A stretch of 64,000 nt of DNA, from positions 19,171 through 83,170 of the forward strand of contig DATIKM010000046.1 in the NCBI GenBank assembly GCA_035477595.1, given 5' to 3'. The notes under the pieces are model-generated. The model saw only the letters and a program-made list of their open reading frames with translations, was not told the DNA's origin and ran no database searches. The stretch comes from Chthonomonadales bacterium. GTDB lineage: Bacteria; Armatimonadota; Chthonomonadetes; Chthonomonadales; CAJBBX01. Position numbers and translations under genes: made by a program. Below, piece by piece: positions 56,065-64,000 of the stretch. Positions within the stretch are counted from its first letter, which is position 1. Each line of letters begins with the position of its first letter.

Positions 56065-57360
56065 TCAAGACAGCTCGAACCACTCCCTCTGGAAGGCGAT
56101 GCGCTGGCCCGTCGTCACGGCCTCGTGCGCCTTCGCCGCGATGACATTGGCACGCAGTCCCTCGAGCGCGCCGACCAGCGGTCTGCTGTTGGTTCGGACG
56201 CTGTTGAGGAACGACTCGCACGCCTGGAAGAGCGCCGTCTTGCTCACGTCGAACCCTTCCTTGCTCGGCGATCTTCCCTGCGCGAGCAACTGCGTGGAGC
56301 CCGCTATGAGCGCGATCCCGGTCTCGTCACCGATCCTGTCCTTGCGGGCCCAGACCTCCCAGCCCAGAAGGGGAGCGTCTGTCTCCTTGAACATCCACGC
56401 ACGCTGGTCCTTGATGAGGATGGCGCAGTCGGAGCCGTACAGGACCTCGTAGCTGTCCTCGAACGAGTTGGCAAGCGTGGCGCTGTAGATAAAGCGAACG
56501 TTCCTCGGGAACTCCAGCACGCACTGCACCGTGTCCGGAACCTCCATGCCGTCGGCGGTCCACTGGATCGTCGCTCCGAAGCCCTGAACCGCTACGGGGA
56601 GCGCCCTCAGGTACCAGGCAGCCACATCCATGCCGTGGATGCCGACCTCGCCGGGAAGGCCGAGGGAGGTTGCCCTCCTCAACCGCCAGTTAATGGCCCG
56701 CTCACGATCCGGCGTGGGCCCGGGGCGCTTCCACGAGCCTTTCCTGTGCCACTGGCCGCGTCCGCCCACATGCCGGCCGAGTGCGCCCGCGCGCATGAAC
56801 GTGTACACGTGCGTGTGCTGCATGTTCGTGCGGTACTGAAGGCCGGGCTGAAACACGGTCCTTGCAGCGGCGCCAGCCTGAGCGATGGCCCGGGCCTCGG
56901 CCAGATCGACCGCGAGCGGGGCCTCGCAGTACACATGCTTCCCGGCCTGGAGCGCGTCCAGTACGATCTGCTTGTGCAGGTGCGTGGGGGTCGCGACGAA
57001 CACCGCTCTCACGATGGGCATCGCGATGGCCCTGCGGTAGTCCTCCATGAAAGCGGCCCGCGGGACGATGTCACGCGCGCGCCGCACGAACGCCGGCACC
57101 GTGTAGGTGTCGGAGACGGCCCCGACGGTGGCGCCGGGCATACGTGCGAGCGCCTGTAGAATCTCGCGCCCCCGAGGGCCCAATCCGATTACGGCGCACA
57201 TTACGGGCTCGGGACGCGCCGCCGCAGGCGTCGCCGCCGGGCGCGCCTGCGCAAGCACGATTTCCTCGGCCGACAGGGCCGCTAGGCCCACGGACGAGAG
57301 GGTGACCCCCTTGAGGAAGTCTCGGCGATTGTGGCTGCTGTCGGTCATCGAGTTGTCCAT
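56065..57360 (-). CDS. Gfo/Idh/MocA family oxidoreductase with twin-arginine (TAT) signal
   Basis: MDNSMTDSSHNRRDFLKGVTLSSVGLAALSA, then CAVIGLGPRG and QAGKHVYCEAPL. Confidence 0.85.
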   Translation of the reverse strand: MDNSMTDSSHNRRDFLKGVTLSSVGLAALSAEEIVLAQARPAATPAAARPEPVMCAVIGLGPRGREILQALARMPGATVGAVSDTYTVPAFVRRARDIVPRAAFMEDYRRAIAMPIVRAVFVATPTHLHKQIVLDALQAGKHVYCEAPLAVDLAEARAIAQAGAAARTVFQPGLQYRTNMQHTHVYTFMRAGALGRHVGGRGQWHRKGSWKRPGPTPDRERAINWRLRRATSLGLPGEVGIHGMDVAAWYLRALPVAVQGFGATIQWTADGMEVPDTVQCVLEFPRNVRFIYSATLANSFEDSYEVLYGSDCAILIKDQRAWMFKETDAPLLGWEVWARKDRIGDETGIALIAGSTQLLAQGRSPSKEGFDVSKTALFQACESFLNSVRTNSRPLVGALEGLRANVIAAKAHEAVTTGQRIAFQREWFELS

Positions 57361-57424
57361 GCTCTCCGGCGCCGCCCATATCAGGCGGGCCCATAGGCTG
57401 GCCGCGCGGCCGTGTTCGGCTCCA

Positions 57425-57447
57425 ATTATACCCGCCCTATACCCGCC
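57425..57447 (-). promoter_or_regulatory. tandem direct repeat TATACCCGCC x2 containing a minus-strand TATAAT box
   Basis: TATACCCGCC at 57427-57436 and 57438-57447 (11-nt period). Reverse complement of 57425-57430 is TATAAT, 65 nt upstream of ATG 57360. No clear -35. Confidence 0.4.
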
Positions 57448-57456
57448 GCGCCGCGG

Positions 57457-57489
57457 CACCTGACGCTTCACTACACCTGACGATTGACG
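57457..57489 (+). repeat. direct repeats CACCTGACG x2 followed by TTGACG
   Basis: CACCTGACG at 57457-57465 and 57474-57482, then TTGACG at 57484-57489, within the 528-nt divergent intergenic region. Confidence 0.5.
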
Positions 57490-57691
57490 GAGCCCCTGCG
57501 TTCGCGGTCCCACCGGCTGACGGGGCCTGACCGCCCCGTTGCGACCGCTCTCATCGGGTCGCTCCCAGCGCACGGCCCCGGTCTCAGGTCGCCCAGCCCG
57601 CGACCGGTGCGTCGCGGGCGCGCTCCGACCAGGGGTCTCGCACAATACCGCAATTCCACCGATCCGGCGACTCGACGTATCCCGCAGTCTG

Positions 57692-57700
57692 TGCTATAGT
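57692..57700 (+). promoter_or_regulatory. extended -10 element (TGCTATAGT) upstream of the H-X9-DG gene
   Basis: TGnTATAGT with TCGACG 17 nt upstream (57672-57677). It implies a leader of about 180 nt before ATG 57889. Confidence 0.4.
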
Positions 57701-57888
57701 GACCATCGTTCGGAAGTCTGGCAAGGCCACTCCAGGGGCGCCCTCGAGACGTCGGTATCTTGGGGCGACCGCTGGCATCCCGCGACGGGTCCGCCTGACG
57801 AGTGGAGCCAGAGCTGAGTGACCGAGGCGCCCCGCGGCTCCAGGCCCCGGTAGAGCGCCCAACTTCCACAGCATGAGGGAGGGGTCCC

Positions 57889-58719
57889 ATGCAGCACAAC
57901 CGTCGACGCGGTTTCACACTCATCGAGCTGCTCGTCGTCATCGCCATCATCGCGATCCTCGCGGCTATTCTGTTCCCGGTGTTCGCCCAGGCCCGAGCCA
58001 AGGCGCGCCAAACGTCCTGTCTCTCGAACATCAAGCAGATGTCCACCGGGACGCTCGTGTATGTGCAGGACTACGACGAGTCGTTCCCTCTCAGCGTGCC
58101 GGACGGCGTCCGCGCGTCGTTCACGACGCCCGCCGACCGCACCGCCACCTCGGCCCTCGGCATGGCGCGCCGCATGAGCTACTGGTCGAACTCGATACAG
58201 CCCTACGTCAGGAACTGGGGCATCTACACCTGTCCCGACCATGAGATCCGCACGGACGTCTTCGGCGTCAGCGTGGAGGCCTCGCGAGGCGTCGTCATCG
58301 GCCTGCTGATGAACGGCTACCTGAACCAGTGGGCCCTGGCCGGCTCGCCGGCCCCCGCCCGCGTCATCATGTTCTCCGAGGGCATGGGCAAGCAGTCGAT
58401 GGCGGGCTTCGGCAACGTCATGCCGATCCCATCTTTGGAGGGTTGCGGTTGGGGAAGCGACAGGAACTGGATGTTCCGGGCCACCGGCGCGGGCTGCACC
58501 AACCAGTGCGGGTTCGGCTTCAACTTCGACCGCACCTGGTGGGTGCACGGCGAGGGCAGTAACTACGCTTACATGGACGGCCACACCAGGTGGGTGCGGA
58601 ACCCGAGCACCCTTTCGCCCTGGGCCGCCGTGGACGCCACGGGCCGGCCTACCAGCCAGTGGATCAGCGCTACGCCGGGCTGCGCCTGGTACTGGAACTA
58701 CGGTCCGGTCATCGAGTAG
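57889..58719 (+). CDS. prepilin-type N-terminal cleavage/methylation domain protein, H-X9-DG (DUF1559-like) family
   Basis: [51 protein letters not shown], plus a C-terminal [13 protein letters not shown] (H-X9-DG). GAGGGAGGGG SD. Confidence 0.9.
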   Translation: MQHNRRRGFTLIELLVVIAIIAILAAILFPVFAQARAKARQTSCLSNIKQMSTGTLVYVQDYDESFPLSVPDGVRASFTTPADRTATSALGMARRMSYWSNSIQPYVRNWGIYTCPDHEIRTDVFGVSVEASRGVVIGLLMNGYLNQWALAGSPAPARVIMFSEGMGKQSMAGFGNVMPIPSLEGCGWGSDRNWMFRATGAGCTNQCGFGFNFDRTWWVHGEGSNYAYMDGHTRWVRNPSTLSPWAAVDATGRPTSQWISATPGCAWYWNYGPVIE

Positions 58720-58804
58720 CCGCAGCGATGCTCGGAGGGGCCTGCGGGGCGGCGGTCCGGCAGGCCCCTCCGTCCGAGTCCGACGAGAGAGGAGTCCCAG
58801 AGCG

Positions 58805-59026
58805 ATGGTCCATTCAAGACACTGGCTCTCGCTGGTCGCCCTGGCGGCCGCGGCGAGCTTCCTGGCCGGCTGCAATCGGCCCGACGGTCCGCTGACGGTG
58901 CCGGATGCCGAGGCGCCCCCGGGCGCCGCGCGAGCCGGCGTGACCCAGCAGCCTGCGGAGGGCGGTGCCCAGCCGGCGGCGCCCGCGCCCGGCCAGGCCG
59001 AGGCGACCCCTCCGGTCGCCGAATAG
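58805..59026 (+). CDS. small putative lipoprotein, Pro/Ala-rich
   Basis: 73 aa. The leader WLSLVALAAAASFLAGC has a lipobox LAGC. About 85% G/C at third positions. AGGAG lies 10 nt upstream of the ATG. Confidence 0.55.
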   Translation: MVHSRHWLSLVALAAAASFLAGCNRPDGPLTVPDAEAPPGAARAGVTQQPAEGGAQPAAPAPGQAEATPPVAE

Positions 59027-59050
59027 CTTCGCCGCCGTCCCCGCCCGTCG

Positions 59051-59099
59051 CGCCCCGGCCGCCGCTCTGGCCGGGGCGCTCGCTTGGCTGGGGTTTTTT
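59051..59099 (+). terminator. intrinsic-terminator-like element between convergent genes
   Basis: 10-bp stem CGCCCCGGCC / GGCCGGGGCG (59051-59078). An alternative pairing of CCCCGGCC with GGCTGGGG (59086-59093) is followed directly by TTTTTT (59094-59099). Confidence 0.5.
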
Positions 59100-59103
59100 G
59101 CGG

Positions 59104-60513
59104 CTACTTGCGCGCTTCGGCCTGCAGGCGGGCGGCCTCGCCGGGGTCGCCGATGTGCAGCGAGTCGTAGGCCTGCTGCGAGGTCTTGAACGGCCCCACG
59201 CCCTCAAGGCCGTGCCAGTCGCCCTGCGTGTGCATGGGGTTCGGCAGACCGGTCTCCCGCTCGCGTTTCGCGATCCACTGGTCCATGCGCCCCTTCAGGT
59301 AGGCGACCACGTCCGGCAGCTCCTCGGCCAGGTTGGCGTTCTCGTCGGGGTCGCGCACCAGGTTGTAGAGCTCCACCTCGGGCTTGAAGTGGAAGTCCGG
59401 CTCCAGCGCGACGATCAGCTTCCACTCCGGGGTTCGCCAGCCGTGCTTGCGCATCCAGGTGCACTCGGTGATGTAGGTCTCGGTCTCGTGGGAGGTTACC
59501 TCGCCGCGCGCCATTGGCAGCAGGCACTTCCCGTCGATGGGCGCGTCGCCCTCCGGCACGCCGCACAGCTCGAGCAGCGTGGGCAACAGGTCCTTGTGCT
59601 GGTTGTGGCCCGCCACGCGTCGTCCGGCAGGAACCGCCTTCGGATAGCGCAGGATCAGCGGGACGTGGAGCACCGTGTCGTAGATGCCGTGGTGGTCGTA
59701 CCAGCACTCGTGGTCGTGCAGCGTCTCGCCGTGGTCCGAGGTTATGACGACGATCGTGTCGTCAAGGACCCCGCGCGTCTCCAGCGCGGTGAAGAGGGTC
59801 TGGATGCAGGCGTCCATGTATGCCACGGCGCCGTCGTACTGGGCGATGACGTACTCCTTGTCCGAGATGCCAGGGGGCATCCAGGCGGCGAAGTAGTCGC
59901 AGAACGGCCGGAACGACATCACGCCGTCCATGGAGCGGTTGTTCGGGTCGCACTCCTCGCCGTGGTAGAACATGCGCTCATAGGGCGCCGGCGGCAGGTA
60001 CGGCGTGTGCGGGTCCATGTGGCGCAGTAAGAGGAGCCACGGCTGCTCCTGGGCGCAGAGCCGCGCGATCTCCGGCACGGCCTCCCTGTTGAGGTTCTCG
60101 GCCTTCGGGCTGCGCCCGTCCTCGCCGCCGCCCCACCCGGCGTAGTCGATGTACTTGTCGAACCCGCGCGAGGCGGGGTTGCCCGTGAAGCCCACGCAGG
60201 TGGTGGTGTAGCCGTTCTCGCGCAGGATCTCGGGCAGCGTGCGGACCTCGGGGCGGAGCGGACCCCTGTGCCGCAGCGCTACGACCTGGTTCGTGAAGCA
60301 ATCGGTCCCCGTCAGCATCGAGCCGTAGCCGCTCGTGGTGGGGATGTGGGGGCTGATCGCGTTCTCGAAGAGCGTGCCTCCCTGCGCGAAGCGGTCCATG
60401 TGCGGGGTGGTGAGCCGGTGGTACCCGTAGCAGCTCATGTGGTCCGCGCGCAGCGAGTCAATGCCAAGAAGCAGGATGTTGGGTCTGCGCCCAGCGGCGC
60501 CCGACGATGCCAT
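59104..60513 (-). CDS. sulfatase-fold (alkaline phosphatase superfamily) hydrolase lacking the Cys/Ser-x-Pro-x-Arg FGly motif
   Basis: ATG at 60513 has a GGAGGA SD. NILLLGIDSLRADH metal site and ITSDHGE later. The nucleophile segment reads SPHIPTTSGYGSMLTG instead of C/SxPxRxxxLTG. No signal peptide is evident. Confidence 0.75.
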   Translation of the reverse strand: MASSGAAGRRPNILLLGIDSLRADHMSCYGYHRLTTPHMDRFAQGGTLFENAISPHIPTTSGYGSMLTGTDCFTNQVVALRHRGPLRPEVRTLPEILRENGYTTTCVGFTGNPASRGFDKYIDYAGWGGGEDGRSPKAENLNREAVPEIARLCAQEQPWLLLLRHMDPHTPYLPPAPYERMFYHGEECDPNNRSMDGVMSFRPFCDYFAAWMPPGISDKEYVIAQYDGAVAYMDACIQTLFTALETRGVLDDTIVVITSDHGETLHDHECWYDHHGIYDTVLHVPLILRYPKAVPAGRRVAGHNQHKDLLPTLLELCGVPEGDAPIDGKCLLPMARGEVTSHETETYITECTWMRKHGWRTPEWKLIVALEPDFHFKPEVELYNLVRDPDENANLAEELPDVVAYLKGRMDQWIAKRERETGLPNPMHTQGDWHGLEGVGPFKTSQQAYDSLHIGDPGEAARLQAEARK

Positions 60514-60536
60514 GGTGATCCTCGATCCTCCGTATC

Positions 60537-63056
60537 CTAAGGGCCTGCCTGCCCGAGCGTCCGAGCTGCAGCGGGCCGCTCGTTCGCCGTGCGCCCGCCC
60601 GTCCCCTCCCCGGTGCTGCTCGCCATGGCCTGTCGATAGAGCGCGGCGAGCTGCGAGGGCGTGACGAACACCATGTCTGGGTCGCGCTCCCGGACGATCC
60701 GAGCCAGGTCGTCCATCGTGAAGGTCCAGCAGTGCACGAACCCGTTGACGAACGCGGGCCGGCGCGTCCCCACCTGCTCGCGCACCTCGCGCAGGAACCC
60801 CTCCCTGCCGTAGCGCCAGCTCGTAACGGCGCGAAAGACAGGCATGCCGCCCGGCAGCGTGTACGTCAGGTTGTCGATCCCCTCGCGGCCCGAGTAGCGG
60901 CCCATGTCCGCGAAGAGCGAGTGGCAGAAGGGCAGCTTCCGCGCGTAGGCGGCGAGCAGATCGTCGCCACCGCCCACGGTCCGCACCGTCCTCATGTCCA
61001 TCGTGCGCATCGACCGGGCGGTCCACTCCAGGAAGCCGTCGAGCACGCGTTCTGGCCTGCGGTACGCCAGGGCGTAGTTCTCCGGCTGGATGTAGGCCAC
61101 GCCCGAGACGTCGGCGATGAACTCCGTGAGCGGCCCCGCCCTCTGGTAATACCACTCGGCGATGGCCGGCTGCAGCTCTGCAATGGGTGGTCCCATACCG
61201 AAGGCGAGGGGGAACGTGCCGAAGGCGGGGTGCTCGAAGTAGCGCCGGAAGAAGCCGAGCCACGTGTTCTGGTTGTCGCCGTCCGACATCGCGAGCGCGA
61301 TGTAGACCTTGTCCCGCTCCAGGGGTGGCGGAGGTGGCGGCTCGTGCTGGCGGAAGGACTCTACGCGCACCCCGCTCGTGACGGACACATTGCCGAGGAA
61401 GTCCGTGCAGACCAGCCCCTGGCCGTAGCGGCTCCCCAGCTCCACGCCACCCACCTCGCCTGGCCCCACGCCCTCGCCGAAGTATGGGAACCCGAGCATG
61501 GCCACGTTAGGCGCCATGCCGGCCATCATCCGGGCGATCTCCTCGCGCTCCGCCACGGGGTCGGCGCCTGGCTCCACGGAGTCCACCGGCCCCGCGATCC
61601 AGAAGACCGGGGCGCGCCACTGCATCGCGTAGGCGAAGTTGCCGTTTGCCAGCCGCGCCGGGTGCATGAAGTCGCTCAGGTGCCGGTTCAGCCGGTTGCC
61701 GTATTGCTCGCGCGTCCAGCGGAGCCCGTCGGCGTAGGTGGCGAAGCGGCCGCGCAGGTCGACGCGCACCTGCAGGCCCAGCTCGGCCGCAAGGGCCGGC
61801 GTCGCCACGATGAGGTCCTCGCACGCGGCGACGTTCACGGCGAGCAGGCCGCCCCGGTAGAGCGCGTCGTCCGGAATCACCGCGCCGCGGAAGTCGTCCG
61901 CGAAGCGGCGGAACAGCCCGCGCCAGTCCTCCACGATCTCGTACCCGTCGATGTGGCCGCGCTCCTGGTGCCAGTCGAGCCAGAAGCGGTCTTCATGGGT
62001 GCGCAGGAGCCAGAGGACCGGCTGGCGGCGGCTCGTGAGAGCTTGCAGAGAGGTCAGGGCGATGCGCACCTCGGCCGGAAGCTCGCCCACCTCGACCGCC
62101 AGCAGGCGGCGCGCAGGCGGCGCGGACTTCGGCACGAAGGTCTCCTCGCCCCAAGGCCTGGGCGACGGGCGGTAGGTGAGGGCGGAAGGCGGAGGCGCGG
62201 GCCGGCGTATGCGGTCGACTGCAGCCAGCCTCGACCGGAACGCCGCGGCGTCGAGCAGGCCCTTGTCGTGGAGGCACCAGAGCACGCCGCGTACCACGAG
62301 CTGCTCCGCCGCCCAGCGATCGGCGGCCTCGTGACCGGAGGCCACCTGGCCGATCCAGACGTTGCGGGCGCCAGAGAACATGTCGCAGCGGTGCCGGATG
62401 GCGGCCGCCGCCACCCGAGGCGGGCCGCTCGGGCCGCGCAGGAGCACGAGCGGCAGGACCTCGTCGCGCGGGTCCAGCGTCTCGGTGTCGAGCCATTGCA
62501 GCGCCGCGCGTCGGCGCGCCAGGTGCCGGTTTGCGAGGCCGAGGGGGTTGGCGCGGGCCGCCTCGAGCCGGTCCACGCCCTCCGCTGGGCCGCCGAAGCC
62601 GCCCGTTCCTATACCGGCCGCATCGTGCCTGAAGCGGGTCGGGTCGTGCCCAAGGTCGCGCCAGCGACCGTCCTGCCGCTCGCAGGGGTGACAGAAGGGC
62701 ACGCCGCTCATCACCAGGCTGCCGCCGGCGGCGTGGTACGCGCGTAGCGCCGGGAAGGCCGGCGCCGGGAAGGCGTTCCCGTAGGGCAGGACGACGACGG
62801 CGTAGCGCGACGGCACGAGCAGGGAAGGGTCGGCGGCTTGCGCCGCGGAGATGGGCTCGACCGACACGCCGCGCTCTCGCAGGGCGGCCACCATGCGCGC
62901 GGGAGGCAGCGCTGGCGTGCCGCCATACACCACCATGCCCGGTTCGACGAGCACCGCCACGCGGGGCGGCTCCTGACTCGCGCCAGCGCCGAGCGCACCA
63001 CATGCCATGGCCAGGCTCAGGATAGACACCGCGCCCGGCCCTCCGCATCTTGACAC
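60537..63056 (-). CDS. secreted GxGYxYP-domain protein, putative glycoside hydrolase
   Basis: GTG at 63056 has a GGAGGA SD. Signal peptide ...AVSILSLAMACGALGAGA. The C-terminal region YIALAMSDGDNQNTW...FPLAFGMGP...ADVSGVAYIQPENY resembles the GxGYxYP family. Confidence 0.7.
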   Translation of the reverse strand: MSRCGGPGAVSILSLAMACGALGAGASQEPPRVAVLVEPGMVVYGGTPALPPARMVAALRERGVSVEPISAAQAADPSLLVPSRYAVVVLPYGNAFPAPAFPALRAYHAAGGSLVMSGVPFCHPCERQDGRWRDLGHDPTRFRHDAAGIGTGGFGGPAEGVDRLEAARANPLGLANRHLARRRAALQWLDTETLDPRDEVLPLVLLRGPSGPPRVAAAAIRHRCDMFSGARNVWIGQVASGHEAADRWAAEQLVVRGVLWCLHDKGLLDAAAFRSRLAAVDRIRRPAPPPSALTYRPSPRPWGEETFVPKSAPPARRLLAVEVGELPAEVRIALTSLQALTSRRQPVLWLLRTHEDRFWLDWHQERGHIDGYEIVEDWRGLFRRFADDFRGAVIPDDALYRGGLLAVNVAACEDLIVATPALAAELGLQVRVDLRGRFATYADGLRWTREQYGNRLNRHLSDFMHPARLANGNFAYAMQWRAPVFWIAGPVDSVEPGADPVAEREEIARMMAGMAPNVAMLGFPYFGEGVGPGEVGGVELGSRYGQGLVCTDFLGNVSVTSGVRVESFRQHEPPPPPPLERDKVYIALAMSDGDNQNTWLGFFRRYFEHPAFGTFPLAFGMGPPIAELQPAIAEWYYQRAGPLTEFIADVSGVAYIQPENYALAYRRPERVLDGFLEWTARSMRTMDMRTVRTVGGGDDLLAAYARKLPFCHSLFADMGRYSGREGIDNLTYTLPGGMPVFRAVTSWRYGREGFLREVREQVGTRRPAFVNGFVHCWTFTMDDLARIVRERDPDMVFVTPSQLAALYRQAMASSTGEGTGGRTANERPAAARTLGQAGP

Positions 63057-63272
63057 TCGCTGATCCTCCCCCTGCCATAGCCGGTAGCGGGCTGCGCGGA
63101 ACGGGTGCGCGCCCGCAGGCCTTCATTCGCCCAACGCGCGCGGTTTCTCCTGCAGGGCTGCGGCGACCGGAGGGCGTTCGTGGCCGGACGGGCCGTAGCG
63201 CGCCGCGGGTACGATGGGGCCGGCGCGAGAGCGGCCATTGCGGCGCGGTCGTCGCGCGGAAAGGCTCCGCCC

Positions 63273-64000
63273 ATGCCCTTCGATCCCGAGCAGCATCCCC
63301 ACCGCCGGCGCAACCCCCTGACCGGGGAGTGGCTCCTCGTGTCGCCGCACCGCACTCTGCGCCCGTGGCAGGGCGCAGTCGAGCGCACCGCACCCGAGCA
63401 GCGCCCGCCCTACGACCCCTCGTGCTACCTCTGCCCCGGCAACCGGCGCGCGGGCGATGCGGCGAACCCCGCCTACGAGGCCACGTTCGTCTTCCCGAAC
63501 GACTTCTCGGCGCTCCTACCCGACACGCCTCTCGATGGCGCCTCGGGCGCCGGGCTGCTGCACGCCGAGCCCGTTCGCGGCGAGTGCCGCGTGATCTGCT
63601 TCAGTCCGCGGCACGACCTCACGCTGCCCGAGATGGCGCAGCCCGACATCCGGCGCGTGGTGGACGTGTGGGCGGAGCAGGTGGAGGACCTCGGGGCGCG
63701 CTATCGGTGGGTCCAGGTCTTCGAGAACAAGGGCGCCGCCATGGGCTGCTCCAACCCGCACCCGCATGGCCAGGTGTGGGCGGGCGGCTTCCTGCCACAT
63801 TTGGCCTCGCTCGAGGACGATGGCCAGCGACGCCACCTGGAGGCGGGAGGTGCGGCGCCGCTCCTGGTGGAGTACGCACGGCTGGAGGCCGAGCTTGGCG
63901 AGCGCGTGGTGGAGCAGAACGGCGAGTGGCTCTGCGTGGCGCCCTACTGGGCGACGTGGCCGTTCGAGCTCCTGCTGATGCCGAAGCGGCACGTTCGGCG
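63273..64000 (+). CDS. galT: galactose-1-phosphate uridylyltransferase (3' end outside window)
   Basis: Absent from the ORF track because no stop lies in the window. The hand translation is open from ATG 63273 to the edge: [34 protein letters not shown]...[16 protein letters not shown]...[11 protein letters not shown]...[13 protein letters not shown] (HPH active site). Confidence 0.88.
   Translation, partial: MPFDPEQHPHRRRNPLTGEWLLVSPHRTLRPWQGAVERTAPEQRPPYDPSCYLCPGNRRAGDAANPAYEATFVFPNDFSALLPDTPLDGASGAGLLHAEPVRGECRVICFSPRHDLTLPEMAQPDIRRVVDVWAEQVEDLGARYRWVQVFENKGAAMGCSNPHPHGQVWAGGFLPHLASLEDDGQRRHLEAGGAAPLLVEYARLEAELGERVVEQNGEWLCVAPYWATWPFELLLMPKRHVR

Noticed and set aside
54238-57159. 973-aa + strand ORF across both TAT oxidoreductase genes
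   Set aside because: It is antisense to two genes with clear TAT leaders and Rossmann motifs, and it runs straight through their intergenic region. It is a GC-driven stop-free frame.

Overview
A very GC-rich (roughly 70% G+C by eye, not computed), gene-dense bacterial chromosome segment. I support about 52 protein genes and one tRNA. I saw no rRNA, CRISPR array, transposase, integrase or phage genes. Family names come from reading the translations by eye and from memory; no searches were run. Start codons were refined from the ORF track using Shine-Dalgarno sequences, stop/start overlaps, signal peptides and family N-termini. Many long ORFs in the track are GC-driven antisense shadows. Content: (1) secreted glycan-degrading proteins: two GH95, a DUF4965/glutaminase-A-like protein, a GxGYxYP protein, a 1332-aa clan GH-A protein, a 904-aa secreted protein, a sulfatase-fold enzyme, two TAT-signal Gfo/Idh/MocA oxidoreductases, and galT running off the 3' edge. 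(2) Methionine genes (metY; NIL-domain gene plus metX) and housekeeping genes (rluD, serS, mtaB, tRNA-Pro, a PPi-type phosphofructokinase). (3) A type IV pilus block (pilB, pilC, two paralogous pilins) plus an orphan H-X9-DG prepilin-like protein. (4) Second-messenger genes (PilZ, HD-GYP, class III cyclase). (5) Two tightly coupled nucleotide-sugar operons. The H-X9-DG protein and glycan-degradation content suggest a PVC-group or Armatimonadota-like organism (inference only). Best candidates for undescribed biology: (a) rmlC-like, hldC, deoxyhypusine-synthase-like gene, hldA (47699-50694), where a split ADP-heptose synthase is interrupted by an unexplained NAD-fold gene. (b) GDP-mannose 3,5-epimerase, GHMP-kinase-like gene, tandem cytidylyltransferase, PMI (13921-17882), directly downstream of a GH95 and upstream of the PPi-PFK; this could be an L-galactose-type nucleotide-sugar or Leloir-like salvage route. 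Both are hypotheses that need HMM, structure and biochemical tests.
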